A stretch of DNA of 38,170 nt, taken from positions 1-38,170 of IMG/VR virus record IMGVR_UViG_3300030392_000880. One strand, 5' to 3'. The notes under the pieces were generated by a model that saw nothing but the letters and a program-made list of their open reading frames with translations, searched no databases and was not told the origin of the DNA. A program made the position numbers and the translations under genes. Shown here one piece after another: positions 9,137 through 17,292 of the stretch. Each line of letters opens with the position of its first letter. The stretch's first letter is position 1. The stretch is from a virus. Taxonomy: Duplodnaviria > Caudoviricetes.

Positions 9137-9310
9137 TTATTTTTTACTCTTTAGACTTTTGGGGTGAGGTTTGATATATCCATGTACTTTCCATTGTGTC
9201 CAATCAAACGAGTTGTAGTGCATTTGTTTTTTTCCACAATGACGACATATACCCATTGCCTCTTTACCATTAGGTGAAGGTAACATCCAATGATGAACAC
9301 ATGGTTTCAT
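9137..9310 (-). CDS. Small zinc-ribbon protein MKPCVHHWMLPSPNGKEAMGICRHCGKKQMHYNS... (57 aa, not in ORF track)
   Basis: CxH...CxxC; ATGA overlap with upstream gene. Confidence 0.8.
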   Translation of the reverse strand: MKPCVHHWMLPSPNGKEAMGICRHCGKKQMHYNSFDWTQWKVHGYIKPHPKSLKSKK

Positions 9311-9666
9311 TGTTCTAATTGGTGGGAATCCGTACCGTCAAATCCAAAACTATGGGTTTCAGCACAATGGTGTTTTTCATATGCAAATTCGGATTCTGTA
9401 CAATTTGCATCTCTACATAGTTGTTTTTCCCTATTCCAATAATGGCATATATTAGCATCGCAAATTTCCCATTCAACCTGAGTGAACCATACATTTTTTG
9501 TTTCTGTTTTTGTTTTTCTTTTTATAGCTTTAAAAGTACCTATAAAATTTTCAATATTACGTATCGTTCCACCACTTCGTACTGTGTCTCCCATTAGGAA
9601 TATTTTTATAGTGTCATTTTTGACTATTATCGGTAGTACAGATTTAGTTTTAATATTATTTTTCAT
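9307..9666 (-). CDS. Hypothetical protein with Cys/His-rich C-terminus
   Basis: 119-aa ORF coupled by ATGA overlaps at both ends. Confidence 0.65.
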   Translation of the reverse strand: MKNNIKTKSVLPIIVKNDTIKIFLMGDTVRSGGTIRNIENFIGTFKAIKRKTKTETKNVWFTQVEWEICDANICHYWNREKQLCRDANCTESEFAYEKHHCAETHSFGFDGTDSHQLEQ

Positions 9667-10181
9667 TTATTATCTTCTGTCATAAATTTATCAGGCAGTA
9701 TATTTTGTTTTTTAAATAGGTCACTCAATGGAATTAGGATACCTTTAGTAGGATTCCGTTCACTTCCACCTGATACTTTTTGCCATTCACCTTTTTGGTA
9801 CATAGTCTTTACCATTTTGTGTAACATAGACGTTTCAAAGATAAGGCCACAAAATATTTCATTATCGTATTCTAGGACCTGAATCCAGTATTCAGCTTTG
9901 GTTGTTTTTATTCCACTACTGTGACCAGAAGATGATACTTCAATAAAAACATTACCACTTTCGTTCCATTTATTTTTCTTATCCTTTATACCACGTTCTG
10001 TTTTGACTTCTACTTTTTTGTTAGCAAGTATTTGACCTAACTTATGTTCAAACTCTTGACCGAATTTTAAATCATATTCAAAAGTGTCATTACTTTTTAC
10101 TGTCCGCCCTGATTTTTTAATAACATTTTCGAGTATCTTTTGTTCTTTTTTTGATAAGGGTGTACTATCATTTTCTATCAT
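9663..10181 (-). CDS. PD-(D/E)XK-like nuclease family phage protein
   Basis: FEYDLKFGQEFE...VEVKTE...GNVFIEV...SGIKTTKAEYW; start set at coupled ATG 10181. Confidence 0.6.
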   Translation of the reverse strand: MIENDSTPLSKKEQKILENVIKKSGRTVKSNDTFEYDLKFGQEFEHKLGQILANKKVEVKTERGIKDKKNKWNESGNVFIEVSSSGHSSGIKTTKAEYWIQVLEYDNEIFCGLIFETSMLHKMVKTMYQKGEWQKVSGGSERNPTKGILIPLSDLFKKQNILPDKFMTEDNK

Positions 10182-10507
10182 AATAATTTTGCCTTTCTTG
10201 CAATTTTTATAAATGTATCCGACTCCATCATTACCCAATTAAGATTTCCAACATTTCCTTTTCGGCTTTGAGTAACACATAGTATAGGTAGTTGGTCACC
10301 TCTAATACTTGCCTTAGCCTGTTCCATACCATCAGATAAGCGTGTTGAAATAGTTTTACCTGCCTTGACCTCTATGGATAGGGTAGGGTGTTCTACATCA
10401 GGAGCGTCACCTCTCTGTCTACCTGTTATTGGTACACGCTTACCACCTAGTAACTCAGCCCACCATCTTTCGATAGCTTTCCAAGCACCTCTGGTTTTAA
10501 GTGCCAT
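10178..10507 (-). CDS. Putative Holliday junction resolvase (Hjc-like PD-(D/E)XK)
   Basis: IERWWAELLGGKR...GDAPDV...SIEVK...PILC motif order. Confidence 0.7.
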   Translation of the reverse strand: MALKTRGAWKAIERWWAELLGGKRVPITGRQRGDAPDVEHPTLSIEVKAGKTISTRLSDGMEQAKASIRGDQLPILCVTQSRKGNVGNLNWVMMESDTFIKIARKAKLL

Positions 10508-11171
10508 CAGGAGTCCATTCTCCGTCAGGGAATACTTCATCAGGGTCTATCAAAGGTTTATCTTCTGTATAATCAGCAAATGGTGTCTGTCCTTTCTTCA
10601 AGGCATAAAAACCATCCCAAAAATCTTTACGTAACTGAGTTATGTTTTGAATTTTGTTAGCTTTAATTAATGCAGAATCTGACTTACCCTGTTCAGAAGT
10701 CAAAAACTGTAACAGTAAGTTTAGTGATTGAGCCTTCTTGATAGATACATCAGTTGTTAACTTTGCCGTACTTGTTGGTTGGGTAGGTTTAACCTCACCA
10801 GATTCAACAGGTGTTGGTGCTACAGGAGTAGTGGTGGGTGTGTCAGAAGATAATTCCATTTTCTTTATCCTACCTTTATCTCCACGTAGTACAAGAGATA
10901 CTTGAACTACTGCTCCTTCGTCAAAGGTTGGTCCTTCGTACTTATCATATCCTAGAAAATTACCATCATCTCCTAGTCTAGCTTTACCTTGTACGTTCCA
11001 AATAAGACCTGTATATCCATTTTTATTTTTATTCTCATCTTCTTCAAAAGAGTATCCAGGGTTCTCAAAGTTGTTGAATACCCTTCGTACTGTAGCAGTT
11101 ACAGGTAAAAACCCTGTTCCTGAACCCTTAAACTCTTCATCTACTTCATATGGCCAACTATCTACTCTCAT
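10497..11171 (-). CDS. Putative single-stranded DNA-binding/recombination protein
   Basis: Beta-rich N-terminal half, P/T linker, acidic aromatic C-tail (DPDEVFPDGEW); AGGAGG before ATG 11171; replication module context. Confidence 0.4.
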   Translation of the reverse strand: MRVDSWPYEVDEEFKGSGTGFLPVTATVRRVFNNFENPGYSFEEDENKNKNGYTGLIWNVQGKARLGDDGNFLGYDKYEGPTFDEGAVVQVSLVLRGDKGRIKKMELSSDTPTTTPVAPTPVESGEVKPTQPTSTAKLTTDVSIKKAQSLNLLLQFLTSEQGKSDSALIKANKIQNITQLRKDFWDGFYALKKGQTPFADYTEDKPLIDPDEVFPDGEWTPDGT

Positions 11172-11374
11172 TATTGCCCTCCTTTTAGGGTGTTGATTTC
11201 TGATTCCCATTTCTCGAAATTGTCTTTGTATAGTCCTGATGGACCACCATCACCACGTCTCCACCTACGAACAGTTTCGATACTTGTACATCCTACCCTA
11301 TCTTGTATTTGTCTCATCGTAATACCACTTTTTACTAAAATGTCTATACGTTCAGCCCAACTTATATCATTCAT
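11171..11374 (-). CDS. Cro/XRE-like helix-turn-helix regulator
   Basis: GITMRQIQDRVGCTSIETVRRWRRGDGGP; AGGAGGT Shine-Dalgarno before ATG 11374. Confidence 0.8.
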   Translation of the reverse strand: MNDISWAERIDILVKSGITMRQIQDRVGCTSIETVRRWRRGDGGPSGLYKDNFEKWESEINTLKGGQ

Positions 11375-11410
11375 AATACCTCCTTTAGGTCTAGCTATAA
11401 GTTTAATAAT

Positions 11411-11440
11411 ATTATATAACAACAACCACGAAAACATCAA
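11411..11440 (-). promoter_or_regulatory. Sigma70-type promoter TTGATG-18-TATAAT
   Basis: Directly upstream of the HTH gene. Confidence 0.65.
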
Positions 11441-11775
11441 CTATCAATCCACCATTTTTCTACTTTTTCTGAGTTATCTTCACATCCCCCACAAACAAAT
11501 GGTGCTTTCTCTGGACATTCTTGACCTTCTCCAAAGATACAACCTTCAAACCATGCGTGTTCACGTAACCATCTATCCTCGATAACACCTTTGAGAAGTT
11601 CATCCCAAAAGTCATCCCAATTCGGGCTATCATCTGTTACTTTCCAAGCAGGATGAGTTCGGTTTTCACACATTTCGTTATATATGTCGTGGATTTTTTT
11701 CATCCTGGTTATAACCGACAGTTGAAATGCTTCCTCTTGTTGTTTATTCATTTTTACCATTTTTTTGGATTCCAT
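11437..11775 (-). CDS. Hypothetical protein with C-terminal Cys cluster
   Basis: 112-aa ORF; GCIFGEGQECPEKAPFVCGGC. Confidence 0.7.
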   Translation of the reverse strand: MESKKMVKMNKQQEEAFQLSVITRMKKIHDIYNEMCENRTHPAWKVTDDSPNWDDFWDELLKGVIEDRWLREHAWFEGCIFGEGQECPEKAPFVCGGCEDNSEKVEKWWIDS

Positions 11776-13898
11776 AATTTATTATCTGTCACATCTTGTT
11801 GCGTTTCAGAAACACCACCATCACCCCCCTTAAAGGGGGTGAGTGGTTCATTGTGTGTTTTTGTCACAGGTGAAACGCTTTGTGAAACGTCTTTAGGTAT
11901 ATAATATTGACTACTGTCATTATGTTTAATTTCGTTTCTGTCTAACATTCTTTTTAGTGTCGTTCTTATAGTATTGTTGGGAACATTTGTTTGTTCCGAT
12001 ATTTCAGCAGGTGTTAATTGCATACCATTTTTTAAGAGTGCTAATATCTGTTGCTTGACAGGTAATTTTGTAACCAAATTTTCATATTCTGCTAATTCAG
12101 CTTCTGAGTAATGAATAGAAGTTGTATTGCCATTATCGTCTGCTTCAAATTTTGCAGTCAATCCAATCGGATTTAATAAACCATTTGTTCTGTTACCTTT
12201 TTTGTGAAATAATCCTATAGTAGAAAAGTTTTCACCTTGTTCTTGTTGTTTTTCAATTTTCCATATATTTCGTGCATAGTTCCAATAAAATATAGAACCA
12301 AAAGGTGTATTGTCATCACCACTTTTTTTGGTGTGTGTAATACCAATACTAGAGATATCTAGCATATTCATACATTCAAAATAAATCCTCGCTGCCTCAG
12401 CGTCATTTACATCTTGCCCTGCACTTGCAACTATTGAATCGACAAGAACAAGTTCTACCATGTTTTCAGAAATATCTCGTTGAATATCATCCATATGGTC
12501 CACTAACGAACCTGCCATTTTTTTATACATGATTGGATAATCAGGTTCTGGTTTATTTGCACCATAAAGTAGAGCATTTTTTACATAATAAAATTCATCT
12601 TTACTTGATTCCCAATCTAACATAAGAACAGCTTTTGGATTACTTTCTACCCATGTACCTGGGATTATAGTATGCCCTAAAGCAACACTTAGTAATATTG
12701 CTATACCAACTGTTGATTTACCTTCACCACCCATACCCATTATCAAACTAGGTTGTTTTACCCTAGCAAATGGCCTTAACATCCAAGGAGATGTACTCTC
12801 TGGAGTGTAATTCCTCATATCAATAGCATCAGACCTAGGGTCGATACTATCAGCTACAAGTTTTGCCACCTGGTCTATTGCTACCAACCAATTCTGTTGC
12901 TCTCTATCGTTTAGTTGTCGAATAAGACCTGCTCTTGCAGAAGATGACAGTAAATTTATTCTTACTGGTCCATAAAATTGTGGATTCGATTCTATTCCAA
13001 TACGTATCCAACAATGGATTCCATCATTCTTCATATTTATTCTACTGGCTTCAATAGAGAATCCTGCATCTAACCAACGAAATACTCTTTTATTCGCTAT
13101 ATTCACATCTACTATTGGATTTTCTAATCCTTGACCTTGATATGTAGTATCGGATATTTGATATCTCCATGCACTTTTTACAATGTTTAGTAATTCAGTC
13201 TCTTTCATTGGTGGAGAACATCTCTCTCTAAACTGTTGCATTATTGCAGTAGTCATATCTTCTGCGATTCCCTTTTTTCTAAAATAACCAGCTAACCTAA
13301 TCCCTGCATCATTTCTTTGACCTTCAGGTACACCATCAGTAAGGTACTCGGTTACCCATGTGGGTTGCTCTGATACTGTTTTGTTCTCTGAAACGTCTCT
13401 TTGACGATTCTGTGGGTCGTATGACCTAAAGAACCGTGATAGTGAATCCCATGTTGAAACATCTTTGTCTTTATGAACAGAATATTTTTGTCCGTCTATC
13501 TCACTAGGAGGTGCAACGATATATCCACCTTCATTTCGTATGTCTAGTTTTTCAAGAAATCCTGCACCCTGTGGATAAATAGGATTGTATAACAAAATGT
13601 AATGATAACCTTTTATAGTTTTATGTGTTAGAGTTTCTGGTCTGTCTGTTATGCCACTGTCTGTTAAAGCTTTCATTGCTTCTTTTCCATCAATATCAAT
13701 TACTGATATCCCAGACTGTTGACCTGTAGCTATCCCAATATTGTATTTAGGATTCTGTTTCCACCATTTAGTTATCTGTTCTATGTCGGTGGTGGCACTT
13801 TTAAAACCATCAGAGGTTGCAGGTGCTTTAGCATTTTCTTTTAGGGGAAAAACTCTCCACCCTTTTTTTGCGTATTTTATAGCTTCATTTAACATCAT
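11754..13898 (-). CDS. Bifunctional primase-polymerase + PriCT + RepA/AAA_25-type helicase + winged HTH
   Basis: GWRVFPL..K.P, NIGIATG..VIDID, GYHY, DIRNEGGYIVAPPS (PrimPol); GQRND (PriCT); GMGGEGKST Walker A; LVLVDS Walker B; TPAEISEQT..TIRTTLKRM wHTH. Confidence 0.93.
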   Translation of the reverse strand: MMLNEAIKYAKKGWRVFPLKENAKAPATSDGFKSATTDIEQITKWWKQNPKYNIGIATGQQSGISVIDIDGKEAMKALTDSGITDRPETLTHKTIKGYHYILLYNPIYPQGAGFLEKLDIRNEGGYIVAPPSEIDGQKYSVHKDKDVSTWDSLSRFFRSYDPQNRQRDVSENKTVSEQPTWVTEYLTDGVPEGQRNDAGIRLAGYFRKKGIAEDMTTAIMQQFRERCSPPMKETELLNIVKSAWRYQISDTTYQGQGLENPIVDVNIANKRVFRWLDAGFSIEASRINMKNDGIHCWIRIGIESNPQFYGPVRINLLSSSARAGLIRQLNDREQQNWLVAIDQVAKLVADSIDPRSDAIDMRNYTPESTSPWMLRPFARVKQPSLIMGMGGEGKSTVGIAILLSVALGHTIIPGTWVESNPKAVLMLDWESSKDEFYYVKNALLYGANKPEPDYPIMYKKMAGSLVDHMDDIQRDISENMVELVLVDSIVASAGQDVNDAEAARIYFECMNMLDISSIGITHTKKSGDDNTPFGSIFYWNYARNIWKIEKQQEQGENFSTIGLFHKKGNRTNGLLNPIGLTAKFEADDNGNTTSIHYSEAELAEYENLVTKLPVKQQILALLKNGMQLTPAEISEQTNVPNNTIRTTLKRMLDRNEIKHNDSSQYYIPKDVSQSVSPVTKTHNEPLTPFKGGDGGVSETQQDVTDNKLWNPKKW
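11787..11890. other. Candidate replication origin inside the 3' end of the primase-helicase gene
   Basis: Palindrome TCACCCCC-CTTAAA-GGGGGTGA flanked by GTTTCA/TGAAAC and TGTCAC repeats. Confidence 0.5.
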
Positions 13899-13916
13899 AA
13901 TCCTTTCTTAAATAAA

Positions 13917-14010
13917 TGTGGTAACACAAGAAGATGACTACGAGATGAAACGTAGAATTGACAGGGAATTTTTTATTTACCAGGAAGGATTCCCTACTTG
14001 CGTTACCACA
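13917..14010 (-). ncRNA. Three-way-junction RNA with antisense loops (C4/CI-like architecture)
   Basis: 14-bp closing stem UGUGGUAACGCAAG/CUUGUGUUACCACA (G-U on - strand), hairpins AGGGAAU/AUUCCCU and CUACG/CGUAG; intergenic. Confidence 0.7.
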
Positions 14011-14019
14011 ATAAATAGT

Positions 14020-14028
14020 TTACTTCAT
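14020..14028 (-). other. Minigene ATG-AAG-TAA with GGAAGG Shine-Dalgarno (14033-14038)
   Basis: - strand reads GGAAGGTTAG ATG AAG TAA immediately 5' of the three-way-junction RNA. Confidence 0.4.
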
Positions 14029-14046
14029 CTAACCTTCCATGTGTAC

Positions 14047-14451
14047 CTATTTTGCTTTTATTTCTATGTATCTTTTTTCTTGTACTTTAGCATTTCTGAT
14101 AATATCTCCCACATCACCAGAAGAAGTTATGTACTTGTTAGCTTCTCTTACGCTAACTTCTTTCTTTTCTTTTGTAACAACTAACTTATCAAATTCTTCA
14201 TCAGAAATAAACTCTTTTATGGGTTCAAGAAATGATGGTTCATAGACAGGCGTTCTCTGTATCCGAACATTATATTCATTTGACCAAAGTTTCTTATGGT
14301 CCTTACCAATACGTTTGTCGATTTCATCATCTAGCATTTGCCTTCGGTATCGTAGAACATTTTGTTCCTCTCGTACCTGTTTAGCTAATGCAATGACTGT
14401 TTCGTCATCCATTCCTGGTAAATCCATTTGTAATGTATGCCAATTATCCAT
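14047..14451 (-). CDS. Hypothetical protein
   Basis: 134 aa, AAAGGA Shine-Dalgarno. Confidence 0.75.
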   Translation of the reverse strand: MDNWHTLQMDLPGMDDETVIALAKQVREEQNVLRYRRQMLDDEIDKRIGKDHKKLWSNEYNVRIQRTPVYEPSFLEPIKEFISDEEFDKLVVTKEKKEVSVREANKYITSSGDVGDIIRNAKVQEKRYIEIKAK

Positions 14452-14479
14452 AATTATTAATTCCTTTCTTTATTTGAAA

Positions 14480-14551
14480 TGGTGGAGGTGGTGGGAATCG
14501 AACCCACGTTAGTAGAAAATAAGGAAAATCTACTGTATACCAATCACCCCC
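14480..14551 (-). ncRNA. Mini-tmRNA: tRNA-like domain only
   Basis: GGGGGUG-AUUGGUAUAC-AGUAGA-UUUUCCUUAUUU-UCUACU-AAC-GUGGG-UUCGAUU-CCCAC-CACCUCC-ACCA: 7-bp acceptor stem with G3-U70, discriminator A, encoded CCA, canonical T arm, no D stem, 3-nt linker. Confidence 0.85.
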
Positions 14552-14558
14552 ATTGTTA

Positions 14559-15017
14559 TTATTTATTATCTAAAAAATGTTCATCACATGGTTCATAGAT
14601 ATTTAATCTATAACTTTTTGTTAATCCCTTTTGACTAGAAATAAGACATCCTAGACGTTCCATACGATTAATTCGTTCTTTAGTCCAACTTACCCCTAAT
14701 CCAGATTTTGATGCTATTTCTTTTATTTTCATAACTGATGTTCTACCATCAAGTGATTCTCCAGCAAGTATCATTAATATTGCTAAATCAACTGGGAGTT
14801 TTTCCTTAATTTGTTCCCAGTGTTTACTAGCCGATGAGGAAGCTCTAATCATCAACCCTAATGATTCATAGTGATTTCTTTGATGTATTTCGTGATTAAG
14901 TTTTATTACTTCCTTTTCTAATTCTGTAACTCTTTTCTTCAAGTCTCGTACCCAACTTTTAGTTTGGATATAGATTTGTGTTATATCGTGTTCAGTTTGT
15001 GTTATTCTGTCCGTCAT
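14559..15017 (-). CDS. Coiled-coil plus C-terminal winged-helix DNA-binding protein
   Basis: MKIKEIASKSGLGVSWTKERINRMERLGCL...KSYRL wHTH pattern. Confidence 0.65.
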   Translation of the reverse strand: MTDRITQTEHDITQIYIQTKSWVRDLKKRVTELEKEVIKLNHEIHQRNHYESLGLMIRASSSASKHWEQIKEKLPVDLAILMILAGESLDGRTSVMKIKEIASKSGLGVSWTKERINRMERLGCLISSQKGLTKSYRLNIYEPCDEHFLDNK

Positions 15018-15174
15018 TTCTTTTTTTTACTCCTTCGTTCCATATGTTATTTACGGAAAAAATTACATTTCTATGTTTATTATTAATCACTACTCCGTTT
15101 TCTCTTATCACTGTTGATACTTCAACATTGGTAATTTTATTGTCTTTCATATCTATATAAACTTCTGTTGTCAT
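14992..15174 (-). CDS. Hypothetical protein (MTTEVYID...)
   Basis: AGGAGGA Shine-Dalgarno; TAATG coupling. Confidence 0.65.
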   Translation of the reverse strand: MTTEVYIDMKDNKITNVEVSTVIRENGVVINNKHRNVIFSVNNIWNEGVKKRNDGQNNTN

Positions 15175-15380
15175 TATTCCTCCTTTACACAATCTGATAT
15201 ATCTATTTCTAAATCACCAGCTTCCTGAACCAACATTTCTTCAGGAAGGGTTTCTAAATATTCCTGTACTGCTAGTTGAATCAAAGCTACTGTCTGTGTA
15301 GATATTCCTTTACGTTCTATAGCATAATTTGTGTCGTCAAGTATCCTATCCACAAGTGATAATCTATCGTATATACTCAT
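15174..15380 (-). CDS. Hypothetical protein
   Basis: AGGAG Shine-Dalgarno, TGATG coupling. Confidence 0.7.
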   Translation of the reverse strand: MSIYDRLSLVDRILDDTNYAIERKGISTQTVALIQLAVQEYLETLPEEMLVQEAGDLEIDISDCVKEE

Positions 15381-15625
15381 CAGTTATTCTCCTGTTCTTT
15401 CTTTGTTTTCTCGCAAGATGTTTGACATTCTATGCACATATAACCTTCTACAGTTACATGATATGTTTTACCGGATAGAACGAGTTCTGCATCAGCATCA
15501 CTAGGTATTCGATTGACGAATAATCCAGTACCAAACGAGGTATCTTTTCCACAAGACGTACAACGATTTCCTAAATCTATGTCTGGAAAGTTGAAGTCCA
15601 TAGTTATGTCTAAATGTTTACCCAT
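15380..15625 (-). CDS. Small CxxC...CxxC zinc-binding protein
   Basis: RCTSCGKDTSFG..FVNRIP...YMCIECQ. Confidence 0.75.
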   Translation of the reverse strand: MGKHLDITMDFNFPDIDLGNRCTSCGKDTSFGTGLFVNRIPSDADAELVLSGKTYHVTVEGYMCIECQTSCEKTKKEQENN

Positions 15626-15846
15626 CAGTTATTCTCCTTTTGCATTTTGTTAAATTCTTTTTTTGCTCTTGCTATCTGATTGTCAAAATGCACGTTACTC
15701 ATTTCGTTATGAATAAACGCTAACTTTTCGTCAGATAAAGTAGCAACATATATTGGATTTTGTTTTCTCCACGATTTGATAAAAGTTTCTAGATGTGGAA
15801 AGAATTTATCCTTTGGATACCCTGTTATAGGGTCTAATTTACTCAT
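15625..15846 (-). CDS. Hypothetical protein
   Basis: AGGAG Shine-Dalgarno, TAATG coupling. Confidence 0.7.
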   Translation of the reverse strand: MSKLDPITGYPKDKFFPHLETFIKSWRKQNPIYVATLSDEKLAFIHNEMSNVHFDNQIARAKKEFNKMQKENN

Positions 15847-16034
15847 TACTTATTCTCCTGTTCGATTTCGTTTATTTCATATTCAACATTTAACAACTTG
15901 GTATCAACTCCATGAGTGAGTTGAGTGAGTTCGTTCCAAGTAGAATTATCTTGTAGCATTTCGTTAGCTTCCTCTTCACTGTTTGCTTCTATTTCTTCGT
16001 GCCAAGTAGCTACAAATATTACTTCATATCTCAT
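15846..16034 (-). CDS. Small acidic phage protein (IEANSEEEA motif)
   Basis: YEV...EIEANSEEEA pattern common in small phage early proteins; coupled. Confidence 0.7.
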   Translation of the reverse strand: MRYEVIFVATWHEEIEANSEEEANEMLQDNSTWNELTQLTHGVDTKLLNVEYEINEIEQENK

Positions 16035-16273
16035 TATTTATTCTCCTGTTCTTCTAGTACATCAAACGAAAACGTATACGTTATGTAGTCGTATTCGTAA
16101 GGTGCAATTAGTTTTTCTCCTGTTTTATGCCATATGACAGGACACTTGTCTAGCCATGTTTCAAACTCTTCTGGTATGTTATATCCAGGTCTGTCCATTG
16201 GTACGTTGCTATTCTCCAGTTCCTTATTTTGTTTCTTCAGTTCATCATTTTCTTTTTGTAAATCTTTATCCAC
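16034..16273 (-). CDS. Hypothetical protein (GTG start)
   Basis: AAGGAG Shine-Dalgarno; FETWLDKCPVIW. Confidence 0.7.
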   Translation of the reverse strand: MDKDLQKENDELKKQNKELENSNVPMDRPGYNIPEEFETWLDKCPVIWHKTGEKLIAPYEYDYITYTFSFDVLEEQENK

Positions 16274-16394
16274 CGTTATTCTCCTTGTATATTTCGTTGC
16301 CCATTAATCCACTCATCATCTCTATAAATGCAACTTTTGAGTCTGCATCGTCTAGGTGGTTCAAGATATATTGAATTTCTTTTGTGTAAATCAT
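16266..16394 (-). CDS. Hypothetical 42-aa protein MIYTKEIQYILNHLDD... (not in ORF track)
   Basis: GGGAG Shine-Dalgarno, ATGA overlap; its end supplies the next gene's RBS. Confidence 0.6.
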   Translation of the reverse strand: MIYTKEIQYILNHLDDADSKVAFIEMMSGLMGNEIYKENNGG

Positions 16395-16582
16395 CTGTTG
16401 TTCTCCCTGTGTTTATATTCCATTTCATCTCGATATTCTATGTAACATTCAATGCACATAGACTTTACATTTGGTGGTAATGAAACACCACCTACGAATC
16501 TGTCATCAGTAGCTAGTATCTTTTTATCAACAAACTCACTACACGTCTGACATTTTATCTTTATCATCTTTAAAACTTTCAT
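16391..16582 (-). CDS. Small CxxC...CxxC zinc-binding protein
   Basis: KCQTCS...MCIECY; AGGAAGGA Shine-Dalgarno. Confidence 0.7.
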   Translation of the reverse strand: MKVLKMIKIKCQTCSEFVDKKILATDDRFVGGVSLPPNVKSMCIECYIEYRDEMEYKHRENNR

Positions 16583-16727
16583 CTTTATTTTCCTTCCTGG
16601 AAATGTTAGTTGTTACGTCTTTGTTATCTGGTAATAATATTGGTTTTATTATTGCATCAATCATCATATCCATAGCTTTCGCATACTGTTTCATAACTTG
16701 TTCATCGTTATTATTTATTTCTTTCAT
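16539..16727 (-). CDS. Hypothetical protein
   Basis: AAGGT Shine-Dalgarno; 62 aa. Confidence 0.5.
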   Translation of the reverse strand: MKEINNNDEQVMKQYAKAMDMMIDAIIKPILLPDNKDVTTNISRKENKDESFKDDKDKMSDV

Positions 16728-16737
16728 TTTATAACCT

Positions 16738-17187
16738 TTATTTATCCTTGTTTAATTCTTTTAGGCTTTCTTCTCTACCCACATGGTCATTATGGTCGCA
16801 ATGCTCAATGATGTCATCATACTGAAAGATAGCCGTATTCTCTAAATCGATAAACCTAGAGGTAATCCCTGTACCATAATCCTTTAGATATACAACCATT
16901 GCACGACCATCTTCTGTGTAATGTACTCCAAGTTTCGGCTCTTTATATACTTGATTTATTACATCGAAATATTGTAAAGGTTTATTATTACCAATATAAA
17001 AAGCTTTTTCTTTTGGACAAAATTCAGGACACCACCAAAAATCCCTATCATACATATGAAATTTTATATGTGTATCTCTTTTGGTATTATCCCAACACCA
17101 CACTTCGTGTGTGAATTTTGAATCTGACCAATCAAGATTGTTATTGATTGTACTTCTTCTTATCCACCTTATTTCGTCATTTGTCAT
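16738..17187 (-). CDS. Hypothetical early protein
   Basis: 149 aa, AGGAAGGT Shine-Dalgarno, first gene after a consensus promoter. Confidence 0.75.
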   Translation of the reverse strand: MTNDEIRWIRRSTINNNLDWSDSKFTHEVWCWDNTKRDTHIKFHMYDRDFWWCPEFCPKEKAFYIGNNKPLQYFDVINQVYKEPKLGVHYTEDGRAMVVYLKDYGTGITSRFIDLENTAIFQYDDIIEHCDHNDHVGREESLKELNKDK

Positions 17188-17230
17188 AATTTATAACCTT
17201 CCTTTTTAGATTATTTTGTTTATATTATCT

Positions 17231-17259
17231 ATTATACCACAACCACAACAACTTGTCAA
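17231..17259 (-). promoter_or_regulatory. Consensus sigma70 promoter TTGACA-17-TATAAT with TG extension
   Basis: TTGACAagttgttgtggttgtggTATAAT. Confidence 0.9.
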
Positions 17260-17292
17260 TTCTTATTTGTATCTCCTTCCTTAATTTATTAC

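Noticed and set aside
13931-13960. Second hammerhead (AAGATGA...GAAAC on + strand)
   Set aside because: Lacks CUGAnGA, and GAAA sits inside a hairpin loop
13918-14245. + strand ORFs 13918-14184 and 14039-14245
   Set aside because: Antisense to a gene with a good RBS and to the structured RNA; no RBS; atypical composition
14480-14510. ssrA 3' fragment as an attP site
   Set aside because: No integrase is visible, and the 5' half is also present and pairs into a complete folded domain; a relic att origin cannot be fully excluded
14480-14551. Ordinary tRNA-Ala gene
   Set aside because: No D stem, no U8, and a 12-nt loop with no Ala anticodon
15378-16410. Junction repeats as a CRISPR array
   Set aside because: Repeats are short, degenerate RBS/stop/start linkers separated by 120-250 bp coding sequences
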